Below are positions 12,977-24,899 of a DNA stretch of 64,000 nt, piece by piece. The stretch covers positions 5,952,001 through 6,016,000 of the forward strand of contig CAVNZM010000014.1 of the NCBI GenBank assembly GCA_963693365.1, in the 5' to 3' direction. Below the pieces are notes generated by a model. The model was not told where the DNA came from, ran no database searches, and saw nothing but the letters and a program-made list of their open reading frames with translations. The DNA is from Amoebidium appalachense. Its lineage: Eukaryota > Protista > Ichthyosporea. The translations under genes were made by a program, and so were the position numbers. Position 1 is the first letter of the stretch. Each line of letters opens with the position of its first letter.

Positions 12977-15665
12977 GAGCTTCTGCCAAGCAGAATGGGA
13001 GTAGGGGCCAGTGATTGCAAGGGATGGAGGGGGGGGGGGGGGGGGGGGGGAGAGACACCACCGTCGGGGTTGAAGGTAGAGAGGGCAAGAGGCCCGGGGT
13101 GGGGTGGGGGGGGGGGGGGGGGGGGACAGTAGGTGCCATATGGAGGGCTGTCCCATGGTTTGGGGGGAGGGGGAGTGGGGAAGGATCGTGGGCACATGGG
13201 TTTGGGGGGAAGGCAGAGAGGGGGAAAGGATTGTGATCACAAGGGTTTAGGGGGAGGAAGGGGGAAGGATTGTAGGTACATGGGTTTAGGGGGGAGGGGG
13301 GGGGGGGGAAGATTTTGGGGGAAAGGGAGGCCTGGGGAAAGTATGTGGGCACATGGGTTTGGGGGGAAGGAGGGGGAAGGGTTTTGGGGGAGAGGGAGGG
13401 GAAAGTATGTGGGCACATGGGTTTGGGGGGAGGGAGGGGGAAAGGATTGTGTGGGCACTGAAGTCTCGTGAAGGGCCATGTGGTAAGGGAAGCTAGAACA
13501 TGCATGGCTGCTCGGAGATGCCCTCTCACACAGTGCGGCACCCCAGAGATCCGGGCGCAGGTATTTACACGGGACTGCAGCCACCAGGAGATTGAGCCCG
13601 TGATCCAGCGCATCTCTGCCACCACGGCGGCGCTCAACAGCAAGGGCCCGGCCTTCTTCTACACAGATCGGTGCTGCCAAGACCGGGCGTTTGTTGAGCG
13701 CATGTTTCCAACCCTAGCCCGGCCAAAATGCCCCGTCCGTCTGAACGAGGCTGCGCTGGTAAGCGTGACGGACGGTCTGCCTGGGCTGGAGCTGCCGGCC
13801 AACTACCCTAAGCCGGTGTACACCGACTGCCAGGGGGCGGTGGTGGCTACAGCGGCCATTCGTGCCGACCTGGAGGGGCAGCAGCACCGCGTGGTGGGGC
13901 TGGACTGCGAGTGGGTCTATCGGGTGGGCCAGGCGCGGTCCAAGGTTTGCACGCTGCAGATTGCCACCGCACGGGCCGTGTACATCTTCCACTTGGCACG
14001 CATGGGCCCCAACCACAGCCCGCCCGCGCGGCTGGTGGACGAGCTGATTGCGCTGCTTAGGGACCCCAGCATCATCAAGGTGGGCAAGCAGATCGGCACG
14101 GACTCGGCCCACCTCAACAAGGACTACGGCACCCCTGTGGCCAGCTATCTGGAGCTGGGCCGGTTCTGCTATGCCCGTGCAGCTATCACCTCTGCGGCCC
14201 GGGGCTTGGCCGACATCACTGCCCAGGTCATAGGCAAGAAGCTGCCCAAGCCGGCACTTGTTCGATGCTCCAACTGGCACGAGCCGCTATCAGAGGTGCA
14301 GGCCACCTACGCTGCCCTTGATGCATATGCGTCCCTGCAGGTCTACTCGGCCGTGGTCGATAGGCCAAACCTGTCAGGTGTGTATCCCACCTGCTTTTTG
14401 CCCCAGTGCTTATGTGCTTATGCCAGATATAGAAAGATTGTGGGCCCCCCAGAGGAGAGGGGAGGGGGGAGGAGGGGGGGGGGGGGGGGGGGGGGGGGGG
14501 TGGCTGACCACATGGGCCAGTGTTCCAGTTGTGTTATGCTGGGTGTCGGGTGGCTATCAAAGGAGGGGGTGATTGGTGGTGGTGGTGGTGGTGGTGGGGG
14601 GGGGGGGGGGGGGGGGGGGGGGGCTATAGCACTGTTAACACGTGCAAGTGCCACACAAGCTGGGCACTGGGAGAGGGGGGGGGGGAGGGGAGAAGGGGGG
14701 GGGGGGGGGGGGGAAGGGGGGTTGCTAAGGAATATGCATTTGATTTTTGTGGAGCGAAGAGAAAAACGTTGGTGCTGTGGCTTTTTGGCTGAGTTTTTTG
14801 CTTCCCTCTATGACATGCAGCGCGGCTTCATGCAAAGGCACTCGGTGAAGGGGTTGAGATTGTGCCCCGGCGGGGCCCACATGCTGCAGCAGCCACCGGG
14901 GTGGTGCTGGCTGTGCAGCCGGAGCGCTGGGGGGGCATGAAGGTGGGCAAGAAGCATGCAGTGGTGCGGGTGGATCAGGTGCTGTCGCCGGCCATGCAGG
15001 TGCCCTTTGGCCCCGACAAGGGCAAGACCCTGGGAGAGCTGGGCCCGCCGCCCTTTGAGCTGATGGTGCACCTGCAGTGGCTACGGCCCATTCAGCCCCC
15101 ACCGGACCCAGGTGCCGAGGTGCCGGTGGTCCCTGACCCAGCCCCTCCCCCTGCCAGTCCTCCCCCTGCCGAGCAGCAGCAACCCCTTGCCGGCCCACAG
15201 GCACCCCCCCAGGACCCCCAGGCAGCCCCGGGGGGCCTTGAGGCAGCCCCAGGGGGACCCGAGGCAGCTCCCAGAGAGGGCATGTTGGGCCAGGCACCGC
15301 CTGGGGAGGTGGTGTGGCAGACTGTGCTGAATGACGCCTTCCACTCCATTGCAAACACGGCGGACGGCACGTACAAGTCACACCCCCGCAGGGCTGAGTA
15401 CGCACGCGCACTCAGCGAGGCAATATTTGTGTGGAATGAAGAGGATTACGGACATGTGAAGGTGCCCCCCCCCCCTCCCCCCCCCCCAAAATAAAAAATA
15501 AAAAATAAAAATAAAAAAAACGGCAACAACAACATGCGTGACTGACGCGCACACACACATACACTCGTTAGCACACACTCACCATTCCACCCACAACCAT
15601 GCACACCTTCGACAAAACTTCTGAGGGAAGAGAGAGAGCCTGAGCCTCAGAGAGAGGGGGGGCAA

Positions 15666-15714
<49 letters not shown>

Positions 15715-16289
15715 GGGGGGGGGAGGAGAGTGGGGGTTATTCATATGCCTAGAGAGAAATAATGTAGGGTTGTGGGGGGAAATAGCCACATGCATTTTTT
15801 ACTTGTGTTGGGGGAGAAGATGGGGGGGGTGGAGGGGAGGGGTCCTACAATAACGGCAGGTATCAAAGTCTACCAAACCCAAATTGCAGTGTGCGTAGTA
15901 AATTAATATTGGCATCCTGCCTCACAGGGGGTGCTGGAGCAGAAGGGCATCGACATTGAAACCGAGCTCAAGGGCGGCGACCTGAGCTACTTCATGGAGC
16001 GCATCCGGCGGGTTATTCCCGACCCATACACGCTGGTCTCGCGGCTGGTGGAGTTCAAAAACACCTACAAGGATGTGCCGCCCGGACCGGATGGCAAGCC
16101 TCTGTTCAAGAAGGATGGCTTTGAAAGACTCGAGGCAACATCCCCCCCCCCCCCCCCCTCCCCCTGCAGGCGCCCAACAACTCCACCACCACAGAAAAGA
16201 TTCTTCGCTTATTTGTCATCCTTGGTTCATCTGCACACACACGCACACCCTAGCCTCCCCCCCCCCCCCCCCCTCCCCCCCCCAAACAT

Positions 16290-16363
<74 letters not shown>

Positions 16364-16435
16364 CCCGCACGGCCCTTGCTGCCTAGCCAGTTGTTTTTTG
16401 CCTTTCCCTGCTCGTTTTTTTCCTTAGCAACCCCA

Positions 16436-16512
<77 letters not shown>

Positions 16513-18169
16513 ACACACTACCACCACCACCACCCACCCATCTCTCTGATGTTTGCTTGTGCCCCCACAGTCGCTGCTCGAACACGCCCAAAATGGCTGT
16601 CTGTCGGACCCCCCCGGCCTGCCCCTCTACTACGAGACCACTGCCGACGCAGATGGGCTCATGCGCTACCGCTGCATCCGGGGCACCAACGAGGTGGAGG
16701 GGGCAGTGCACAACCCCCTGGCCACCCACTTTGGGGCCACACGCATGTCGCTGCGCCTGCTGGACGCCACCATGTCCAATAGGCGCCACCGCCACAACCT
16801 GCGTGCACACTACCGCAACCGCCTGGGCCAGGCATCGGGGCCCCCCCACTACAGCCCCTGGATTGTTGACGACATGGAGGCACTGGCGCTGATGCTGTAC
16901 GGCCATCACCTCGACCCCCAGTGGGTACCCGTAGGCTGCTACAAGCTACCGGAGGAGTACTTCAACTTTGCCCCGCTCTCCTGTGTGGCCAATGCCCCGG
17001 CGCAGGAGCCAGTTGCGGTGCCCGCACCCCCACCTCCGTCTGATAACATCGAGCCTGCAGCCAATGGCGTGATGGGCGGGCCAGAGGACTGTGAGGTCGA
17101 GGAGGGTGACGGTGCTGCCATGGGGGGGGGCAACCAGGTGGCGCGTGGTGCACCACAGCCGGACCCTGCACTGAGGGGCGACTACAAGTTCCTGGCGCAG
17201 AAGCAACATGTGGCCATCCCCTTCCTTCCGGTGCTTACCCCTCAGGAGCGCAAGCTATTCAGCACGCTGCTCCTGGGCACCTACAAGGCACATGCAAAGC
17301 CCAACGGCCAGCTGTTCGAGGCTTTGGCCCAAGACTTCAACAAGGCTGCCTCTGTGGCTGGGGGAATCTACATGAAGGATGCGGCCTACATCAAGAAGCA
17401 TTTCGACAAGTGGAAGACCTGGCAGACGGCACATGCACAGCGCTCCACACACGAGGGCCTGGCAGATCACCGCAAGCGTATGCGCGAGGAGAGGGCAGAC
17501 GCTGTGCCAGCAACCATACGGCCTGCCCCCTTGCCACCCCTCCCTGTTCCAGACGGTGTCGATGCAGGGGCGCAGCGTGAGCGGCCCTTGCCCATGCTAG
17601 TGGGCAAAAAGCATCGCAACATTGGCCCTGAGGGGCCCCTGCAGATGGATTTGCCGGTGCCCCCTCCTATGCAGCCACCCCAGAGAGCCCCCAAGACCTG
17701 CAAGACGTGTGGCCGCCAGGGCAAGGGCTGCCCCGGCTCCAATCGGGCCAAGAGCTGCCCACGTTGGGTTGCAGCCAATCAGGATGCCATGCCACCAGCA
17801 CCCGCGCTTGACATGCAGCAGGGCCATGTGCCGCACATGCCCCCTGCACCCCATCCAGGCCCGCACCACCCACATGGCTGGCCCCCACCGTGGGGCATCA
17901 TGCCGCCTCAGCCCGGCCCTGCCTTCCCCATGCCTGGGCTACTGCCGCAGCACGGTCCCCATCCTTACTTGGGCCATGTGGGCCAGCCCTCGGCTGGTGG
18001 GCAGTTCCCACCCCCTTCTCGTGCATCTGCTGTGCTGGGCCTGGCGTTGCCACCTGCTGGAGAGACGCAGCTGCAATGGCACGATCGAAAGCAAAGTAAT
18101 CGTGGCCGCAAGTCTGCAGGCAGCCAATCAGGATCTCAGAGTAGTCAGAGTAGCCAAACTAGTGTCTAA
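10237..18169 (+). CDS. DDE transposase (Mutator/IS256/ISL3-like DxxH type) with DUF6729-like N-terminal Cys domain, inserted DEDDy 3'-5' exonuclease and C-terminal zinc knuckle; 1538 aa
   Basis: Exons 10237-11386, 12371-12559, 13547-14377, 14821-15461, 15928-16134 and 16571-18169 join to a 4617-nt frame with no internal stop. Motifs: GHKTGGAREGAGRKK; WLP...CP...RRVIDFD..Y.I...YFCDTC...FPAYLSHRSG; KADHTF (D, 12472); YTDRCC (D, 13666); NDAFH (DxxH, 15333); RGTNEVEGAVH (E, 16697); CKTC..KGCPG..C. The family assignment is from motif recognition, not a database search. Confidence 0.85.
13150..13460. repeat. G-rich minisatellite in transposase intron 2
   Basis: About 6-7 degenerate copies of GTGGGCACATGGGTTTGGGGG...GGAAGGA. 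Confidence 0.8.
13800..14360 (+). other. DEDDy (WRN/EXD/Mut-7-like, DNA_pol_A_exo1-type) 3'-5' exonuclease domain within the transposase
   Basis: ExoI VVGLDCEW, TLQIAT, LLRDPSIIKVG, ExoII IGTDSAHL, GLADITAQVIG, RCSNW..PLS, ExoIII YAALDAYAS; all catalytic residues are present. Confidence 0.9.
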
Positions 18170-18255
18170 TATTGGAATGTACACCAATGTAACGGATCTC
18201 ATATGTGTTGTAGTGCTTCAAGTTATACCTGTTCTTCGTACAGTCATGTTAGGGG

Positions 18256-18286
<31 letters not shown>

Positions 18287-18612
18287 CTAGCTTTCATTCC
18301 GAAGTTTACTGTAAAGAATTAAAATTTAGAATCTGAGTAATAGTACAGAGCCTTTGCACTTTTCTCTGTTTGTTAGGAATTCTTTGTGATCGAGAGTATG
18401 GTGTGTTAGACTATTGGTGTTAATGTGTCCTGGAAGGTGTATAATGTCTGCTGGCCGTAGTCAGTATCTATTTTTAGGTATATAGTATATTTTTAAATGT
18501 TGGCCGCTGGCCAATAAATAGCAAATAATAAACACACGATAAAGTCAACAGCGTGCCAAAAAACTAATCCCCAGCGAGCGCACCCAGTGATGTGTGTGTG
18601 TGTGTGTGTGTC

Positions 18613-18677
<65 letters not shown>

Positions 18678-18695
18678 CGCGCGCGTGCGTGCGTG

Positions 18696-18727
<32 letters not shown>

Positions 18728-20004
18728 TGTGTGCGTGTGTGCGTGTGTGCGTGTGTGCGTGTGTGTGTGTGAGTGTGTGTGTGTGTGTGTGTATGTGTGG
18801 TGTGGTGTGTGCGCGGCTTGTACATATGTACGTGTTCATGTGCACCTGTGTCGGACCTACGAAGTACATGAAAGTAAATTTTGACAGCATCGATCTGCCG
18901 GTGTGTATGTGTATGTGTGCCAGTGCAGCAGGTGTGCCTTGTAACTGATAGCTTCGCATTTTACGTGTGTGTATATATAGTAGTACGCATAGACACTTGC
19001 TGATCATTCGGATCGACATTAATATTTAATCTGTCGGTCCTCGGTTTTTTGAGTGAATGATGATCAAGTGTAAGAGCATTCACTTGGCAAGTATTAATGT
19101 TGCAGAGGCTAGCTGCAGCTGCAAGCGTCGGATGCACACTGACAATTGTCTTTTCAGCGAGTCTAACCTGCAGGCAGCAGCTGCACACATATAGGGTTGT
19201 TATCTTGCGGCACATGCACGGTGATCATTTCAGAGTAATAGAGTTCAGAGCAATGAAAATAATGAAAATAACTAAACTTTGTGACTACTTTAAAGTTGCT
19301 GAGATCATACGTGGTGCAAGCTGCACTATGAACACATGTATAGTGCTAGTAATTAATACATTTTTGTTGCCTTCTGCAGGGTTATCGTAGCTACGTCACG
19401 GCCTGCACTCAGGGGGGGGGAGGGGGGGGGGGAGAGGGGGGATGATTCGAAGGGGGTATAAATAAGAACATGCACCTAAAGGTCTTTCCCGTGGATCCTC
19501 CCCCCTCCCCCCCACCTCTCCCTCCCCCGGGGCCCCATACTATGATATCTAGGCCCAATATTATATGCCCCCTTCCCCCCCCCCCCCCCCCTCCTCTCCG
19601 GATCCCCGGACCCCACTTCCCTACCCGGAGGCTCAAGAGCTCCCCCCTTCCCCTTCCCCCCCCCCTCCCCCCCCCCCCCCCCAAGGCTTACGGGGGCCCT
19701 TCTTCATCGAGGGGGAGGGGGTGGGGGTGGGGGGGGTGGGGGGGAGGGGGTGGGGGGAGGGGAAGTGGAAGGCGGGGGTGGATGCATGTCAGCCTAGGTG
19801 AATTCAATTGTTTAACTCCAGTGTGCAGGACTGGTCTGAAGGCTTAAGAAAACAACGAGGAAATGGGGTCCAGTGGAGGTGGTGGTGGTGTTCTGTGTGT
19901 GTGTGTACACGTGCACGTATGTGTGTGGTTTTTTTAAGGGGTGAGTGGTGGTGGTGGTGGTGGTGGTGGTCACCGTGGTGGTGGTGTGTGTGTCTGGTGT
20001 GTGT

Positions 20005-20055
<51 letters not shown>

Positions 20056-21480
20056 TAGAAAGAAAAACTGCTCGTGGGTCACTGTTTTTCGTCACTGTAT
20101 TTGTAACGGGCCGCTCATATTTATATAACTACTTTAATTTAAGTACACGTGTTCATTATCATATACGATGGCCAAATATAGAAATTTTGGCGTCGAAGTT
20201 CTTGGAGCTAAAAAAACGTTTAAAAGGGGGAAATAATAGCTTGGCCCCAAATTTACCTTGCCGTTTTTAGCGAATGTATTTTTTATTCATGAGTTCTAGT
20301 GATTCAGTGAGTGCACGTGCCTGCCTCAGGCTGATCATGACAACTGCAACACACCATTCCTACATGGATATCAACCAAAAGAAAATAGTATATACTGTGG
20401 TGGTCTCCTAAACCTTGTGCGGCATGCGCATACATGATATTACAGTGACGCATGTGCATATTATTGTTCTGTACACCGGAGTGTGCCGGTGCACGTGGCT
20501 GTTTTGTGCACATGTTACAATAGCAGCACGATCTCCCTAAACTCCATGTTTACACATCCCTCACCCTGGCTCTGCCTTGTCGGTGCTCCAAAACACACAT
20601 ACAAATCCCCCTAGACTCAGTGCCTGCACATGGTCGCATTCACGTGCAGGTCACGTGACACATGCGATGCCATACTGCCGTCTACAGCAACAACCACGGC
20701 AGCATGTATACCGGCCCAGCACGAAATATACTTATCGGCAGCCCACTGAACTCGCCCATTTTCTCTTTTTCATGTATGTCCCTCCTTTTTTGTAAAATCA
20801 CCCTTTTTGGCCTCCCGGTAGTGGATTTTGCAGGATTTGACTTCTTTGAGGTCCAAAAACCTCAAATTTTCCCCGGCGGGGCCGGGGAGGGAGAATTCAA
20901 AAATTGCCCGCTCCTGATATGGTACCCGGGCCAAAAAAATGCCTCCGAAAGCCGGAAGTTTTGGGGTGAGCGGCTGAGTGAGCCTTGTTCGATTGGCTGC
21001 AGCATAAAACTTTTCGCGATAATGCCTATTTTGGTGTCACTGTGACTTCACAAATGGGTCATCCACCTCACATCTTATCATAGTCTGGTACAACATGTAA
21101 CTGCTAAGGCCATGCATGTGACCACTCCCCCCCCCCCCCCCCCCCCCCTCTTCTCCCCCACACAAGGCTCCGCAAACAACACTTCAACCATTCCATGTCC
21201 CGCCACTTGAGCCATCGCCATGGCCATTATCGCATCGCCATGGGCCAGGTCCGCCATGGCCATTTCCGGAATCTTCCGTCGTGACTCGTGCCTGTCTACA
21301 ATGATGTTCACCTGCATGCGCACTTCTGTTGCAAAGCATCATTTCCCTGTAGAGGCCTTCTGTCCACTACACACACAGACCAGAATGAGCCCTTTCTCCC
21401 AACCCCCCCCCCCCCCCCCCCCATCCCCCCCCGTGACCCCACTCAAACATGTGCATATCATAGTATGTATGCGCGCGCGC

Positions 21481-21531
<51 letters not shown>

Positions 21532-21597
21532 AAAAAAAAAAAAACCCCAAACCCCCAACCCCAACCCCACCCTTCCCACTCACACATGTACATGGGC

Positions 21598-21637
<40 letters not shown>

Positions 21638-22421
21638 CCCCTCCTCCCCCCCCCCCTCTCCGAAAAAACCCCCCCTCCTCCCCCCCCCCTCCCCCCCAAA
21701 AAAAGGCCCCCCGGATGAACTCCCCAGGCCTAAACGGATATATTGACACCTGCACCGAGGAACAAGAAATTGGAGATAAATTAGAAGAAAAACAAGAATT
21801 AATGCCTTCATGAAGTGCATGCAGCAGAGATGCAGCCGAGAAATCGAGCTGCATGAACGTCGGTGAAGCACAAAGCCAACATGCCATCGGAACATAAAAT
21901 GCGAAGAATTTGAATGTGTGCTATGTAGTTATCAAGCACACTCACGGTGGGTCCCGTTTTTGTACGAATGCTGAATGTGAATATAGCGGGCTAAATCCTA
22001 CACCATGAAATGTATTCACAGGCACACAAGGCAAATTATTGTTCTCGGAGCCTTGCATAACACAAGGCTAACTTACATAATGTGCATTCAGGGGAGAAAA
22101 AGGGGTATGGAAGGGGAGGGGAGGGGAGAGTATGGGGTTGGGAAGGGAGAGGGAGAATGAGGGAGTGCTCTAGGGTAGGGAGCTGGAGGGGAGGGAGGAA
22201 GAGCGGTTGGGGGGCTGGAGAGGTGGGGGGGGGGGGGGAGGGGGGGAGGGGGGTTGCCGTATTTCTTCTGGTAAAGGTGCTAGAAGATAGGAAGACGGAG
22301 AGCAGGTAAGTTTAGGAGGGAAACATCACCTCGTGGACCTCTCAGGGAGTTCGCGTGGGAGTGTGTGCACGGCCTCTGTGTATGGTCGATGGAAGGTGGG
22401 GGAAAGGGGGGGGGGGGGGGG

Positions 22422-22456
<35 letters not shown>

Positions 22457-22929
22457 CTGGGGCTGCAGCAGCGTTCATGTGATGAGCAAGTCCAAAATCG
22501 ACAGACAAAGGGCTTCGAGCTTCCCTTCGGATCATTTGTTTTTATTTAGAACTGAAACCACTCATTTCACATTGCATAATTACTATGAGTTAACCCCGGA
22601 ATAGACACCAAAGCACTAACTAGCAACTTTGCGGCTCGAACCTGTAATCCTATTTACATTTTGAGAAAACACACATCGATATCATAATATCACAAGACTG
22701 CTACGTATCACGTGATGAAATAAATTCCAAAGAAACTCTTATTTTTTACAGATGATCGGCCGATCGGCCATGGCCAAACCATACACTCTAGTATTTGTTA
22801 GTAGTATAACACTCAGTATTACATATTACGCAGCCCTTGCCATGCATATATACAATTACTCAGCTTGATCACATTCATGAACCTTTGAACTTAATGATTT
22901 CAACCAACCGCGCTTTACAAGACTCTGTT

Positions 22930-24405
22930 TCAGGCATTTTGCCATATCACATCTTCGATGAGTTGTCGTATCAGCTCATTTATAGAAAGTTTTCGTGCAA
23001 AAAGGAGGCCAACTTCGGCGTGAAGCGCTTTCTGCAATTTGAAGTCTTTCCAATCCTCCATACCAAGGTAGCACGGTGAACCGGAGCGATTCTGTGGGTA
23101 TGATTTACAAGGGGTGTACCACCAATATAGGTAAGAAATTGGATGGCTTTCCATAAAACCATTATCAAAGCGCAGGGGCGACGAAAACTCAGGTGAATTT
23201 GCGAAAAGCGTTTGAAAATAGCTTTCATCTGAGTAAGCCGAATTTCGGGGTCGTTGGAAAAACTCTGTCCATGCCTTTGCATCGTTACTGTATAAGGAGT
23301 ATTCGGCAAATTCTTTACTGACCAGCATCCAGTTGTGCCCCTTATAAACGGGCATGTTGCCGGGTGTTTCAGTCATTCGACTACAGTGGTAGTCCAAACA
23401 ACGTGCTTCCGTTCGGTTACAGATATAGAACTCCCATGGTGTAATGCTGGGATGGCAAGGCGGGAACCCACTGTCAAAATGAACCAGCATTTTCCCTTCC
23501 TGGATAAACCGACGATACACATACATGTCAATCTGGCGCAAGGATTTCAAGGGCATTGTGTGACCGCAAAGGTTCACCACCGCTTTCCATCCAGGAAGCT
23601 GAAGCGCAGCTTCATACATCCGCTTTTGCATTTCCACGATAGACCAGTTGCCCCATTCAACATCAACCCGTGCATCCACCATTCGAAAGTTTGGAAGGTG
23701 GGAAAACGTGGTGTTTAGTACCGATAACGTCTCGTTGGATACCTTTGCGTCGACGTGCACAACGAAAACATGGGCAGGGTGGTAGAGTAACCGGATGATT
23801 TCTGCAATTCCCGTGACGGTCTCTTCGTTGTGTGCGGTTAATGCAAAAGCCAAGGGAACGCGTGGTTCCCAGCCGCTTGGTGCGATGGGGGTCGGGCACA
23901 CAAAGGAAATGTTACGATAAAACGTCTGGAGACCGGGGTCTGTTGGTGGAAACTCAACGGATGCTCTGTGAAGTGTATCTTCCAAATCATCCGTACAAAA
24001 TTTTGCGTTAAATTTCGCCACACCAGTTGTTTCTGGCTCGACCACTTTGGAGTCAACATACAAATGTGTTGTGTGTATCACACCGTTAACGTTGTCTGTG
24101 GTGCATAGCTGTCCGCCAGTCGCAAGGTTGGACGTGCAACTCACCGTGTTAACGTGAACAGATGCTTCAATGGGGCCAAACAGCCGGTCGTATAAAAAGA
24201 AAGCCGAGAGGCATAAAATGATTGTAACCAGAAAAAGAGCATGGGTCCTTCGTAGCACACACTTGCTCGAGCTCGTGCCTTTGAAAGGCCTTTTTCTACC
24301 AGGTCCTAGGTCAGGGTGGTCTGTTTCGAATTCTAAAATGTCTGCGGTTGCGGCTGGAACCCCTATAGTTCCACCCGCCTTGTGTGTTCCAAAAGCAAAA
24401 TTCAT
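22930..24405 (-). CDS. GT14 glycosyltransferase (core-2/I-branching beta-1,6-GlcNAc transferase / xylosyltransferase family), type II membrane protein, single coding exon, 491 aa
   Basis: N-terminal TM segment (ALFLVTIILCLSAFFLY). Motifs: LAFALTAH, LYHPAHVFVVHVDAK, VEWGNWSIV, VNLCGHTMPLKS, YKGHNWMLVSKEF, DESYFQT, LFARK. First ATG at 24405. Confidence 0.9.
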   Translation of the reverse strand: MNFAFGTHKAGGTIGVPAATADILEFETDHPDLGPGRKRPFKGTSSSKCVLRRTHALFLVTIILCLSAFFLYDRLFGPIEASVHVNTVSCTSNLATGGQLCTTDNVNGVIHTTHLYVDSKVVEPETTGVAKFNAKFCTDDLEDTLHRASVEFPPTDPGLQTFYRNISFVCPTPIAPSGWEPRVPLAFALTAHNEETVTGIAEIIRLLYHPAHVFVVHVDAKVSNETLSVLNTTFSHLPNFRMVDARVDVEWGNWSIVEMQKRMYEAALQLPGWKAVVNLCGHTMPLKSLRQIDMYVYRRFIQEGKMLVHFDSGFPPCHPSITPWEFYICNRTEARCLDYHCSRMTETPGNMPVYKGHNWMLVSKEFAEYSLYSNDAKAWTEFFQRPRNSAYSDESYFQTLFANSPEFSSPLRFDNGFMESHPISYLYWWYTPCKSYPQNRSGSPCYLGMEDWKDFKLQKALHAEVGLLFARKLSINELIRQLIEDVIWQNA

Positions 24406-24899
24406 TTTTTGCACTTTTCACTCTTTACAGGCTTTTTTTTTAATTTGGAAAACGTAGCATTGTATAGCTTGTTGATAAAGTGGAAGAGGGGAGAGTTTGC
24501 TTGACAACGTCGGCCACTTTGCTCGTATGGCTTGGGCTCAGAGAGCCCTAGTTAGCTAGCTTCACCAGTTTTTTTGCAAAAACAAAAGAGAAAGAAAGAA
24601 ACGACTTCGGATAAAGAGTGAGCAGGCGGAAACGAACCGGAGAATAGAGCAAGCCGTTTACGAGAGTAGGTACTGTGGGGGGTAACTACGGGCTGCCAAC
24701 AACAGTTAGTCATGTCCACGTGTGATCATGTAGGAGAAATAAAACACCGTAAAAGACGAATTAAAAATCGACTCGTGTAGCATATGAATAAAGGAGCGTT
24801 GATATATAGCAGGTATATTTACTGTTTTTTTTTCTTTTCGAAACCCCGGTCCTTGAGGTCGGGAACGGCCCGAGCCTGTTGTCGCACACCTGTGAAACG

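Larger units (their letters stand above)
10201..18520 (+). mobile_element. Probable DNA transposon (or domesticated derivative) carrying the exonuclease-transposase gene; boundaries not resolved
   Basis: Intact DDE transposase; AATAAA at ~18512; lies immediately 5' of a sirtuin gene that lacks its first exons. No TIR pair or TSD could be identified by eye. Confidence 0.55.

Noticed and set aside
10100-22600. Terminal inverted repeats and TSD for the transposase element
   Set aside because: Searched by eye for reverse complements of 10100-10230 within 18170-22600 and found none.
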